From positions 5,270,001-5,334,000 of the forward strand of contig NC_081333.1 in the NCBI RefSeq assembly GCF_022539665.2: a stretch of DNA of 64,000 nt, given 5' to 3'. Position 1 is the first letter of the stretch. Every line of letters begins with the position of its first letter. Position numbers and translations under genes: made by a program. The notes below the pieces were generated by a model. That model was not told the DNA's origin, did not search any database, and saw only the letters and a program-made list of their open reading frames with translations. This document shows, one piece after another, positions 48,062-61,024 of the stretch. Origin of the DNA: Daphnia carinata. Taxonomy: Eukaryota.

Positions 48062-48314
48062 CTACGCATCAAAATGTGCTTCGCAGCGCGTAAAAAACAC
48101 CACAAGATGTTTAACGTTGGTATTAAACAAATTTCGTTACATTGTTCCATACTTACAAATAATTCCCTTTCAGAGCGGCGTGATGACATTGAACATTGAA
48201 ACCTCGCGTGTTCCTCAGTGTACAATCGACAGCTGATGACGAAGCTAAAGCTTCTATAATATCCGCATTCTCTTTGCCGATTGCATCGTGCAGAGCCGAG
48301 TCTCCGTATGAATC
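48062..48314 (-). pseudogene. mib2: Mind bomb 2-like ankyrin exon fragment
   Basis: Exon 48157-48314 is bounded by AG/GT and reads DSYGDSALHDAIGKENADIIEAL...VDCTLRNTRGFNVQCHHAALKGN. Confidence 0.75.
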
Positions 48315-48874
48315 CTAGTTCAATTTCAAAGGAGTATGGAGATTTCTTTTACGTGTCCTTATCAGGGATGGTTAATGTACGAGTATGAAATTCATACTTG
48401 CTTCATGCTGTCGTTGGGTGATATCACTACTACTATTAAAGAAAAGAGGCGAACGGATTTTTCGATAGCCGTTGGTTAATATCAAAGACAGATGTAGGTC
48501 GGCTGTGACAATACGTAGCCAAAGATGCAGTCACCTGTTTTGATGGCATTTCTGCTGACCGGAAACGATTTCAGCAAAATGGTGTGACCGTTTCGCTCAT
48601 CATTGGCAGCCGTCACAAAGAATTGTGTTTCGTATTTATGGGTAATTCAAGAATTCAACAGCAATTTTCAACGTCACTGAGGTTGAAAAACTTTAAAACC
48701 CAAACTTTAACCAAACAAAGGCTCGCAGTACTACACCAACCTTTTTGGCATACGCAAAACTGCATTTTCCGAATATGCCCAATCTAGCCTATTTTCTACC
48801 GTATGCCCTACAATTGTCAAGTCTTCACAAACGTAAGAATCGCAGATCATATAAAATACGAGTAAGAACTTTTT

Positions 48875-49250
48875 TGTTTGCATAAAACATTTATTTGCTT
48901 AAACACAGGCAAACGAATAAAACATTTAATTAACATGTGCATTTCAAATGGCTCTTGCATGTGGATCGTTTTTCAACTCGTTTGGTTGCCTCGCCACCTT
49001 CCCACCGTCGAGATGGCTTCGCTAATTCGGGCTTATGTCTCAGTTCTAGGGACAAGGGAAGACATGCGACTCGCCTAGACCCCCCTCACGAGTGACGTCG
49101 ACACCGTGAGCTGGCCACCCTTCTGGGCTAGATTATACTTGTCATATAAATTTAAGGCTTGATTTCTGGTGGTTACCTAGAACACTCAGAGGGCGTCACC
49201 GGATTCTATCATGTGACGCCTTGATATCGCATATCTCGTGGCCTGCTACA
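48875..49250. mobile_element. Probable solo LTR
   Basis: TG...GCTACA flanked by TTTT on both sides. The left boundary is uncertain. Confidence 0.4.
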
Positions 49251-49984
49251 TTTTCCTAGCCACACCATTTTGGTAAAAGAATAAAAATCGGTGTAATCTC
49301 AGAAAAAATCGATGTGTTAATCAAATCTGGTGTTTTATTTTAAAAATTGCTGAACATTACTGAACCTTCAGCCAATTTGCTAGATGTAGGGAAGAGATAC
49401 GCCAGGCGTTATTTCTGTAATAACATTTCGTACCTCTTACCTGTATCTTATCGTCTGCTTGTACACACGTTGTTCCTACTTTCTACAATGAGCCTGTTCA
49501 CGAACTGATTTTTAAGTAGTACGGAAGAAACAAATGGATTCTGGTTAAGATTAAAGCAAGGTTTTATCATTAACATGTGTTGATATAGCGTTATACGGTA
49601 TGTATTGCGTCCGAAAAAATATTGACACTTCATCCGTCATTTGGGTTAAAAAAAAAAAAAAAAACGTCACTTTTTCACTTGCTTGTAGACCCAACAAATC
49701 ACAATAATTGCTGCTTTCTAGCCATTCTTCAACTCTACATATTACTATCGGCTTAGTTAACGTTTTTTTGTATAATAAGTAAATTTCGTCGCAAGGGAAA
49801 AGAAACTGAATCGCGAATGGTTAACGTGGGCATGTTGTTGTATGTACCATTTCGTTTGAATTCATGTTTTAATTTGGGAACGACTGCGATAAACGAATAA
49901 ATATGATTCATGAGACAACAAATATGCGCATTAAAAACTGACATTATCTATCACCATTCAGCTCTTTAAAATGCATGGCTAACT

Positions 49985-50958
49985 AATAGTATTTCGCTGC
50001 TGCTTCAATGTAGTAGTTCGGGGCAGAATAATACTTTGGAACATCATTGTAGTAGCTAGCAGCAGAATACGTAATGGTGTATATTCGGGCGACTTTGCAG
50101 TGTGATATCGTGCGCCTTTACTTTGGTAGTAGATTGGGCCGAATAGTACTTGCGAAGCTCAGTGTAGTAAACAGGGGCGGCGTAAATAGTGGTAGTGGCT
50201 CAGCTTTCATGGTGTAGTTCTCCGGAGCTTAAGTTGTGTAGTATTTAGCAGCTTCTGTGTAGTAAGACGTAGGGTTACACGTAGTATGAAAGAACGGCCG
50301 TGGTGTAGTAACTTGGGGCAGCGTAGGGCTTCTGGGCTTCAGCGTAGTAGCTCAGTGTAGCGTAAGTGGTTGTGCAATATTCCGGTTGCCTTCGTTGTGT
50401 AGTATTTGGGAGCATCGGGGAAGTAGTTTGGAGTAGCGCATGTTGTCGTGTAACAAACTGGAGCCTTTTCGTAATAACTTGGAGTCCAGTAGTACTTGGA
50501 GGCTACGGTGCAGTACATTGGAGCAGTATAGGTGGTGGTGTAGTGTTCCGGATTTTGGACGTGTAGTACTTGAGGTGTTTCGGTGCAGTAGCTGGGGCAG
50601 CCTATGTGGTCGTGTAATACTTGGCCTTCTTCATTGTGTAGTACTCAGGAGCCTTGGTTGTGTAGTAGGACGCTGGAGTGGTGTAGTATCCAGAAGATGC
50701 CGAACCCATCGGTCCACCCGTTGACTCTCCAGCCATCAGAGATACAACATCCAACAACAGCAGTGTGGAGTAGTTCGCTACAAATTGATAATGAATGCGT
50801 GCATTCCCAGTTTCTTGAACCTAACAAATTATTAACATTAAAAAAAATAATTCAACCAATAAATTGAACCAGCATTTGTCTATATCTTTCGCATTGGCTA
50901 GAGAACTGAAATTTAATCGTTGGAGAGCTCCCTAAGTGAATGTGCTTACCTTTAGCAT
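49985..50958 (-). pseudogene. Secreted Tyr/Thr/Ala/Pro-repeat (YYTTKAPEYYT-type) protein pseudogene
   Basis: Micro-exon ATGCTAAAG|gt; hydrophobic LLLLDVVSLMAG; repeats GYYTTPASYYTTKAPEYYT; stops and frameshifts. Confidence 0.8.
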
Positions 50959-53900
50959 TATATTTACGGCAGCTTATCCATTACGATGGCTCTTTGCCTC
51001 TTGGAGGGAGTAAAAAACCTGATTCTGGTGAACAATATGCATTTCTCACGCAAATTTCGATCCGTCTATAGTATGCTCACTTCCGTTTGCATCACATCCC
51101 CAATGAAATGAAGCTAAAAAAAATTGATATCGGCCATCAAGGGATCCACCAATTATGTAAGGTTCAGAGTTCAATTTTTCACCATCAACCGATAGTTTCA
51201 CTAGAGATAAGTAAAATGGTCTGTGGACAATAACGAGAAAAGTTAATACACTTTCAACTAATACCTACCAGAATGGCCATCATTACGTGCCATTAGCAGG
51301 ACATTGGAATCATAGCCCCAGAATTTAAGTTCAGAGAAATTTATGTGAACAACATTTTGTGAAATAATTTCTATTGGTCTTGAATCATATGATTAATAGC
51401 TGGCTCTAGAAATAGACCATTGCCTGGCCACTCCACCTGTGAAAGAATAATGTGTATTAGGCATTTATTTCTTTGGTAGTCTTCATTCAGATGGCCTTGT
51501 AGTTAGTTAAATTATAAAACTATGCATACCAGCAACCTCTTCAAGCACTGGAGTGGTTTCAGCTTCATTATCTGGAGCAGATTGTTATTGCTTGGTATCT
51601 AAATCCAATTTAGCCTATTTTAAAAAACAAAAACGCGAGAAAATTAATAGAGTTTTACCTTTTTCCTTTTGAGAGACATTTTCAGGTCCAATGTTGTACC
51701 TATGGAAAAATAAAGAAGATAATGTAAATACATAAGATACATATATAGACTTATAAAAACACTTATATTGTTGTCACGAGTAATGACACCGACAAGCGAG
51801 TTTGGAAATGACAACAACGATGGAAGCGTTCGGTGCTGCCACAACATCGTCCTGCTATATGCTATAGTTGTTACAGTGTGACAGCACCGAACACTTCATA
51901 CTTTGCGCAATCTTATCAGTCGTTCACCGGCCATGTTAACAATTCGCTTTGCGACGGTCATTACTGATTAGAAAGGCATACGAGTCTTTAGCAGAAAGCT
52001 TACTTTAATGGCGTCCACCGGTAACTTGGCTACACTTAATTGAGGATGTAAATGATACGTGACATTTTCTCGCCGATTCCCAACCCGAGAAAAAAGGTTG
52101 TCATCATATTACAATAGTGAGTCTCCTTTCCCTGGGTTGTTTCAAGCCAGGAACCATCTTTCCATGACTCTGATGTTAGAAGTGCACTTCAAACGACCTG
52201 AGCGATATCGTACGATGGGCGGCCGCACATCATATTCCATTAGCGAAAACCACCAAGGTAAGACATTTAGCTAAATTCACGTTGCTAGTCTATATCAAAG
52301 GCGTCTATAGATAAGGATCTGAAATATCAAGGCGTAGGATACTGAGCTAGCCAATGCCTAAACTCGTAGCCAAAGGACTCGTTTTCGGGAAACAAGCCAA
52401 CTACTCTTTTGAAGTTGAGAGATGTTGTTCTTAATGCCCAACTAGATTTCGTGTGCACCAGACCTACCATACCGTCTTCTTCTGCCTATACGGCAACCGC
52501 ACTTTACATATTGGTTTACTATCCCTTTTATACTGTTCCAGTTGTGGCTGAAACAGTGTTATCAAGCGTTTTTCGGAGTTCAATTTGGTTAATAATGCTT
52601 CACCATGAGTCACGTAGGGACAGTCAGAAAATCTAATTAAATTCGGAAAAACCCAATATAAAACTTGCATATAAAACCAAATTGCAAAATTTATACAACT
52701 ATTTTAATTATTTTTACTTTGCACACAATAGAAGCAGGAATAGATCTACGTTCAGTAGAAGAAATCGCAGGTGGCTTGCCGCTAGAGGGCCACCCTAAAA
52801 ATATTCTTAAACTTTTTTCTTTTAGTGACCTATGGCTTCACCTACGGTATTTGCAAATCGTACTCGTTTCCTGTAGAATTACTGCTCACAAATCATGAGA
52901 CCCAATCAATCAAAACGTACGCTAACTGGAATTGTACATCTGACCGACGGTGAAAACAACGAGACTGTTCATAGTACCGGAAACTTCCATGCGTCGTCAT
53001 AGTAAATATGACGAGGTGCCACGGCAGCCCTTTCAGACAAAAGTGTGCAAATTTCCAATTAACCACTAGAAAACTTGGAAGTAATGGATGAATGTTTAAG
53101 TATATTGCAGCAACGTTTTACCTAATGTCTTAATATTCCGATGCTTGGATGCTTTGTTGGCTTCCTTACTTGAGTAGATATCTTATACAAAAACAAGAAA
53201 TTTCAATCCGGGCACAAAGCAATCGTCTCTTTACAGGTAAGTTAACGTTATAAATAAACAACAGTCACTAATTCTGTTTCAAGCGTGAAATGTGAGGAAT
53301 TTCAATCTAATTAAATAACGTTTTTTGAAATAATCATGTGCTATCACCATTAGCCACAGAGAGACAATGTTTGACAACGTCTGCCTGGATTTCAGGCAAC
53401 TGCGTTTTTGCAAAGAACGCTCTGACAACAAATGGGCCTTTTACCTTTCCTTAATTGTTTTGGCATGCAATTCTTCGCATGTCTGTCTGTTGTCCAATTT
53501 CGACCCTTTACCAGAGCCAACCCGCACCGAGACATGTTACACTCAATAATTTACCTGCAGTAGATCTTACATTAAGTTTTGTGTGCATACATAAAATACA
53601 CTAGAACTCGCCCAGTTTGAATACCATAGCTACTATTTTTTCCGGTAAAGCAAAATTTTATTTGTCGTCGTGTGTGTACATTTTGAACGTGTTTTTGATA
53701 TTGATTTGTTTAGAGAACACCGGCAGCTGTCAAGTCAGCGAGCATCTTGACGACGTGTTCAGGCATCGGTGGAGGTGTAGGCAAATGATCTCCTGTTGCC
53801 TAGAATCCATTTTCATCGACTAACCGGTTAACTGCAAGGACAGCGCCATCAGTGGAGATGTAGGAGTAAGATCCTTTCGCAACGTGCCAATATCCTGCCA

Positions 53901-54929
53901 ATAGCCAATATCCAAAACTGAAAGCCAAAAAAAAAAAAAAAAAAAAAAAAAAAATTAGGAAAAAAAAAAAAAACAAGAAAAACTGGGAGTCATAACAAAA
54001 TTTCTGTATTTATTGTATGAACTGCATCTATGACAAAAGTGAATTTTGTTATATGAGATAAGAAAAATTCATTTGCACCTGCTTTTGATGGAATTTAAAA
54101 TGTATCTAAATGTATTTATTATTTAAATTTATCTATATAAACTAATATTATCTGTTTTGCATATTAAAATTCCATAAAAAACGAAATTGCAAAGTAAATG
54201 TTGCAGCGCAGTAAGGGGCCTTTGTTTCTTTAAAATGGTTGCCATTCTTTTTCACCGTTTACGTTTCTTTTCTTTTCTCGATATATACAGCATATAGTTG
54301 GCAAGTTCTGCTAACTGTTTTCTCCCTGGGCTGTTTTTATTACCCCCTACCTTTTATCGCCCATCTCCTAGCACAACCGTAACCTAAATAAGGCGTTACC
54401 CAATCCATTGAGTCATTCTCGAAAAACACGCCATGTTGGCAAGTATCAACTCTAGTTAGCGCTGGAAATACACGAAGTTTGTGTATTATGTAGTTGTTTT
54501 TATATTTTGCGTGAAAAGTGAATGCCAGCAAATGTAATGAAAATATGGAAGCTGTTGAAGTATTTGTTACTAATATTGGCCCCAAATTATTTAAATGTTC
54601 TCTGTGCATGACTTTGAATATTGTGAATGTGCTGGGCAAGTGAGCATGAGCAGCAACTTGCCAATACTCATAGAATGAGGATTTGTACCGTTTTGATCTT
54701 AAATTTTGAAATACTCTTAATTTTCTGTTTTAAATTATTTCCTGTTTTATTAGGGTTATCCAACTGTTTGTAGATAAATGTATATTGGAGCTTGTCAATG
54801 AAATCGTCCTTTCTTCACTGGGTATTGATGATGGGATGTTGTGATTTCTGAGGTGCTGTGCATTATATGTTACGATCTTCTTCTAGGCTACACGGGATAA
54901 ACAGAGTTGAGAGTTCCCATACATTAGTC

Positions 54930-55006
54930 TGCTGGATGTGCGTTTTGAACCGTGTGGTTATGTCGTCACCTGTTCTGAATGTGCTCAACGGATGAAAAAA
55001 TGTTCA
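54930..55006 (+). pseudogene. MIB-type RING finger fragment
   Basis: DVRFEPCGYVVTCSECAQRMKKC. Confidence 0.55.
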
Positions 55007-58000
55007 CACACCGTGAATGCTTTTGCACTCCGACATAGAAGGGTGGTGAAAGGACGAGGAGTTCGGCTCTCATCTTAAAAGATGAGGTGTTTGAATAAAC
55101 ACCCAACCATAGCTTAGTGGCTAAGGCTAATATTAAAAATAAAAGGGGAGAGAAGGCACATATGTATACAAGTTGCTGAGAAACAACATCACGAAGAACA
55201 AGGAACACCCCCAAAACCTTTAATTGACAAGGTTGATAATTGACATTGACATGCTGATTGAACGGAGCTGGGCACACGTACAATACACTTTGTCACCCAA
55301 TCCTTTGTGAACACATATTTCCAAATAACATGGCTTGCTGCATTTGACCACTCGGCTGGATCCCCAAAGGTAACTATCCCCGTCCTCAGACAGTGCAATC
55401 CTAGTAATAAAAAAAACGAGATGATGAAGAATGACAGAGAAAAAATCTTCAGCTTCACGGGGGGTGGGGGCCATACAAGCGCCGGCCATAAAACTAATTT
55501 CCGCAACTGAAAAAGCCGAAAAGCTTTTGAGAATTCCGATAGTCTAAATGCTCAAAAAAAAATATAAAAAATCATAGGTACGTGTACCAAACGGCGGAAT
55601 TTCACGTAACGCAAACCGATCGGTTTTGGATCAGTCTAGCCGATATTATACACTTTGCCATCGTTGGATAGAATTAATAGGCCAAGGGTAGTGCAGATCT
55701 TTGCTCGATTGTGATTGAAAGCTTGTGGACGACGTTTGTAACGATCTGTCGTGGCCGACGCATTTAAATCCAGTGGAATTGCGGTGTTTGCAATGATTGA
55801 TCGATCCTGAACATGAAAACGCAAAATATCACGAAATGTAAAATAAAATCGGTGAAACTGCAAATAAAACCGATAGTGGGGGCTGAATAAATGGGGTGGC
55901 TAACCGATCCAAATGAGCCAAGATGAGCACAGCAACTTGATATAGGAAAACGTCGGCATCTTTGAATGAATGAAATTTGAAACGGGTGGATCCTTTGCCA
56001 TCTTGGCATTGGGCATTGCTATAAGTCTCTTCGTTTTTCTTGTCGAAGTAATTTTCGCAAAAATGAAGAAAGCATTCGCACGTAAATAGGGGCACGCTTG
56101 CTTACCTTATTGCCATTATTATGCACAACACTTGAATAGCAAGTAGTTCTTAAATTTCTTACGGCACTTTAAGTTACGACGGCATAATATTACAAGTCAC
56201 GTCATATTGTGTTCTACTTAATCCGCATTGTATGGCATTATATTTAGAAATACAAATGAATTGTAAGGGCAGACACTGCGTTAAGACTCCGACTCCCTCA
56301 AGACATGTAAAACCATGTCATAACTAATCTAGTTTTCTCTGAAGAGAATGTGCTTTCACGAGGGGATTCCATGTAGGTCTGCGTGCACAATTATCCACAG
56401 AACCGCTTCCTTGCACATCTCAACTGAGGCAAATGCGATTGGCAATTAAACAATATTCTACATTTTTTGGTCAAAGGTGACAAAAGGAAGGGTAAGATAA
56501 ATGACGTGGCTTTCGTTCCCTTCCTTTTCCAGCCGTTCTCCACGTGTCTTGCCAATGGCATGTCGATATCCATCGAGCGGTAAAGCCTAGACTAGCCAGA
56601 TGGCGTTTAGCAGACTTATCATCAGGCACCATATCTGTGAATGACCTAATTGCAAAGGTTTATTAGTACGGATAGCCATTTAGCTAATGCTTTTATTTAT
56701 ACCTGTTCTCCCAGCTTCGACTATTTTTCTCCATAAAAGAACCTCTGGTATACACTTTACCTGCTCCTTTTCAATGGGCGAAGCAACACCTTCGAGTTTC
56801 AATAATATTTGAGAAAAAAAAAGGCGGAAAAGAAAAAAGGCTCACATTTTACGAAACGTAAGCCTTTTTTATTTCCCCCTACTCGCACTTCGGGACGCAA
56901 ACTTATTCCGTAATTGACCTTATTCTAAATTGCTCTTGCCTTTCGTCCAAAGTACCCGCTGATACTTGACTGCGTAATGTGGCTTGACCATCAATCTCAG
57001 CCGAACCCTATAGCATGATTGTAGCTGAATTGATTAGTGTTATCTTAAGCCGGCATCAGAAAGAGGCAATGGCCTGTTTGCCCCTTTCGTCCCTGTTCCT
57101 TTGCGGACATTCGCCCATCAGACGACTGAATGACTTTGCTTTCGGCCGTTCACAAAGCCACTAGTCGTATACCACTACGAGAGTATCTAAGGGAGACTTT
57201 GCTGAAGACAAGAGAGCAAGAAGACGAACACAAAAACTCATGCACGAACTGTCACTCAACAAAAAACTCACGCAATAAAATCGCAGTCAACAAAAAACTC
57301 ACTCGCAAAACACTTTTTTCCACTGGTTTCCTTTTTTTCCTTGCGCCAATTTGGTTAGGCGCGTCCCAGTATCTGTTTTCCACTTCTTCGCTTTCCGTGA
57401 ATTAACAGTGCGACATGAATAGCAACGCGTTACCGTTGATCCAAGCCGGCTTTAGAAAGAGGGTAATTTCATCCTTCCCATCCTCTTTCGCCGCGGTTTT
57501 AGCGGGCATTCGCCCATAAGACGACTGTGAATAGATCGGCTGGCGTCTCGTACCGTCAATCTCACTGTCTAGATACTCAGGAATTGCCAACCCAATTGGG
57601 TAAAATAAAAATTATACTTACCTCGAATTCCAGCCTCTCGGCGGCTTCCGTTTCTTCGTCCACTTGGGACTCTTCGGGTAGTAATGGAGAGAGACCCCCA
57701 CTCCTACCTAGTAGAAGAATTGACGTCTTCATATTCCAAAAATGTTTCGCATCCCTGTCTCCCCTATAGGTGGTTTTGGTAGGTGGCGATGTCGCTAATG
57801 ATTGGATTGAGTTGCCAACTTTCGCCAACAGGTGCACTTTCCCGAAGGCCTAGCCTCGGCTACCCGGCGTGATTTACGGTTTTTGCCGGCAGAGCGAATG
57901 AACAACCTCCGGCATTCGCTGTTTTTGGTTTTTTTATGTATTAACTAATTACGCTATCCTGCCAATCGGAGGCGAACGTTCCGACTCTCGTACGAATCAG

Positions 58001-59069
58001 ACCATGTTAGCAAAAATGCGTCGGCTATAATATTCGAAACGTCTGATAAACAATCTATTTGAGTTACGCAAGAATTCGGTCTCCACGTATAGAGACGCTG
58101 CTATTCGTTGCAACGTTAAATACACTAGTCTTCAAACAAGAACAAACGCCGTCATTGCTTTCCCTACCCTGGTCAGATCAGTTTACGCATTTTTCCTAAA
58201 AAAGGAAACGGTTAACGCAATGTCTTCGATCGCATTTTCTTTTATCCACCTTTCAATGCAATACAGACAATCAATTACAGCTAATTGATACATGATACTT
58301 TGACAAAACAATATAAATCGACCCGTTCTGCTAAGTTGGTTCTTAAGCAGAGGGATATTTCGGTTTGGCCGCTTCGGTAAGAGTAAAATATCCCGTTGGC
58401 TTGTTGTGCGAAGAAGGCTTGTATTCAGGATAGCGAGCCTCACCTTCGTACTTTGAATGAAATGTCGTATAAAAATCCATTTTTGCATACCTGATTTCCC
58501 CAGTCCCAATCAGGTCCTCGAACTACTTTTGCTCCAACAAATATACCTTTGAGTTGAACTTTTGACACATTTTGCCTTTTATCCACCATAACAATGTGAA
58601 TTTAAATTTAAATTTTTTCCTGAGATTCCTTGGCATTTGCAGCCATCAATACAATGTTCTGAAACTTAACACGAATTGGGGCATTATCCCATAGCTGCAT
58701 CATCCCAATAACTGTAGCATTAAAACACAACAGAAGACATTAAAACTGATTTTATATTACCTTTAAATCATAATCTCTTTGATAACCAACACGGTAATTC
58801 TTTCTAGCACCAACATCCCACTGCACGACAATTGTTTTGTCAGGCCTTGATGGGCTTCCGCGTTTACCCATTTCAGCAACAGTTCCAACATTCCCGTTGC
58901 CACTGTCCTGGTTACCCTGCATTTGTTTTCAAACAAAACGAAATAGGTTGCAATTGATATCAATTTTTAAGTTCTACTATTTGTTATGAAATTCATCTAC
59001 CATTTTGCGTTAATCATATTTATTAAAAGCCGTTCTATGTAAGTTGATTGCACAGTAGAACCATTAAGA

Positions 59070-60220
59070 TCTAATGGGAACATAATTCCTTATTGTAAAA
59101 TCACTTAGTTTGAATATGAACTCTATTGTGTATGAGCATAATCTGCCGTATTCGAATTTGAAACCATAGCTTAAAACAGCCATACAAATTGTTTATGATA
59201 TCCCGGAGAGATGAGTAATTTCTCAGCAGGTCTTCAAGCATAGGTCATGTTACTTTGTCTAGATATAAGAGCAATTATTTTATTTAAGGACCGGATTTCC
59301 CGTAACATGTGGGAAAAAGTAAAGCTATCTAAAAGCTTGGAAAACGCCCTTCGACAGATTAATGAGTACTTTATGTACTGGCCAGGCTTTAACAAGCAAA
59401 AGTGCATACTGACTGCTTAAAATCTCCCAATACCTGACACTAATGAAAAAACCGAGACTGCGAGGACAGTAAGTGTTTAAAATGTCATTTAGCAATTATT
59501 CGGCATGAATAACCCTATTTTTCTAAATATTTTAATTATTCCAATATTGCTGCCGATGGGAAGAAACTGGTGCCTATCCAAACAAAACAAAATAGGCGTG
59601 ACCGTCGCCGAGAAGAAAAAGTCCTAGTCGCTGCCCGTCTAGATTCATTCATTTTCGAAAAAGAACTTCTCGAACGTCTTAAAATTTAAACTGTATGTTT
59701 TTTTATTATTTTTGTATCTAAATAATAATAACACTCACCGATTGGAATAATCTTTGGTACGGTGACATTTACAACTTCCCTCAAGTTGCTTTTAGTAGAG
59801 CTTTGGAAGAGGAGGAAGACGCGGGAGTGAATATAGAAGGCGAGGACTATGGAGAAGATGAAGAAAACGAAGGACAAGAAGCAGAAGAGGTTTGTAGATT
59901 CCTTTGGAAATTTATTAGAATTATAGAGTTTCCATATAGGGTAGTTTACAATTTTTTTTTCTTTTTAACCAGGAGATTGATGAAGAGCTAGAGAAAGAAC
60001 TAGAAGAACAGAGCGAAAACGAAGAGATTGAATATGTTGAAGCTGACAGTCATCTAGAAAGAGAGTTAGAAAGTGAATCGGATATAGAAGACACTGAACC
60101 TAAAGATACAAATGCCGACAAAGATAATGCCAGGAGAAAAACAAGATTTGAAATTGAATACGAAATTGAATACGAAACTGAAGCTCTTTCTAAAAACTTG
60201 AAACGTACAGTGAAGTTTTG
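59070..60220 (+). pseudogene. MAK16: MAK16 (ribosome biogenesis) intron-containing pseudogene
   Basis: [67 protein letters not shown]; acidic tail ending EIEYETE. Frameshifts present. Confidence 0.85.
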
Positions 60221-61024
60221 AACGTGACATACATCAATAGAGCCACAATATCAATGGAGCGCTTCGTTGTCGAAGAGGTGCAAACACCTGAAAGTAATGA
60301 AAATAATGTTAAACAAAAAATTAAATTTTAGCTTGAAAAAGTGGCGGTACCGATTCCGTTACTATCAGATTGACAACATAGGATCCCAGAAATCCACAGA
60401 TGCTGGTAACGAAATTCGTGACACCCATCTAAGTACTGGAATTTCACCCGGTTACCATCAGGCTGCCAATACACTGCCCGTAGCTCAGAGGTAATATTCA
60501 CATCCTCATTTTAAATATTGCAGTTAATTTAAAAATGTGGTATACGCTTGCTTTGGTTAGGGAAGACAGGCCCAAATTTGGTTTTATTTACAGATTCTAT
60601 TCGCTAGCCCATTGACATTGCCCAGTAAATTGTATGAAACAAAAATCTTAGAAACGTTAAATTTAATAGTTTAACTGGCTGTTCTCCTCTTTGTGTCCAA
60701 ATCGTCGACCTTCTTGCACGCAACACATTCAAATTTCGGTTTTGCTGTTGATATTTTCCGTTTTTTATATTTTTATTGGCAATAATTAAATTTAATAATA
60801 AAAATTTCTTCCTAATTTTAACAGAATTCCCCCAGCTAACACATCCGATACCTGGTGATAATTAGTTTTGATCTTCAAATTACCATATTGCACAAAAAAA
60901 ATGGCAGCTACGTCACTTGCGCTTAAACATCTGAACACAGGACGGCGGGGTTGTTTTTCCAAGACTTGCTTTCGGGTATTCGGTGTTCTTCGTGAGGTCC
61001 TTCCTCATCAAGTTGCATACATAT

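Noticed and set aside
53927..53972. Poly-A as a retrocopy tail
   Set aside because: No upstream processed ORF or TSD was identified.
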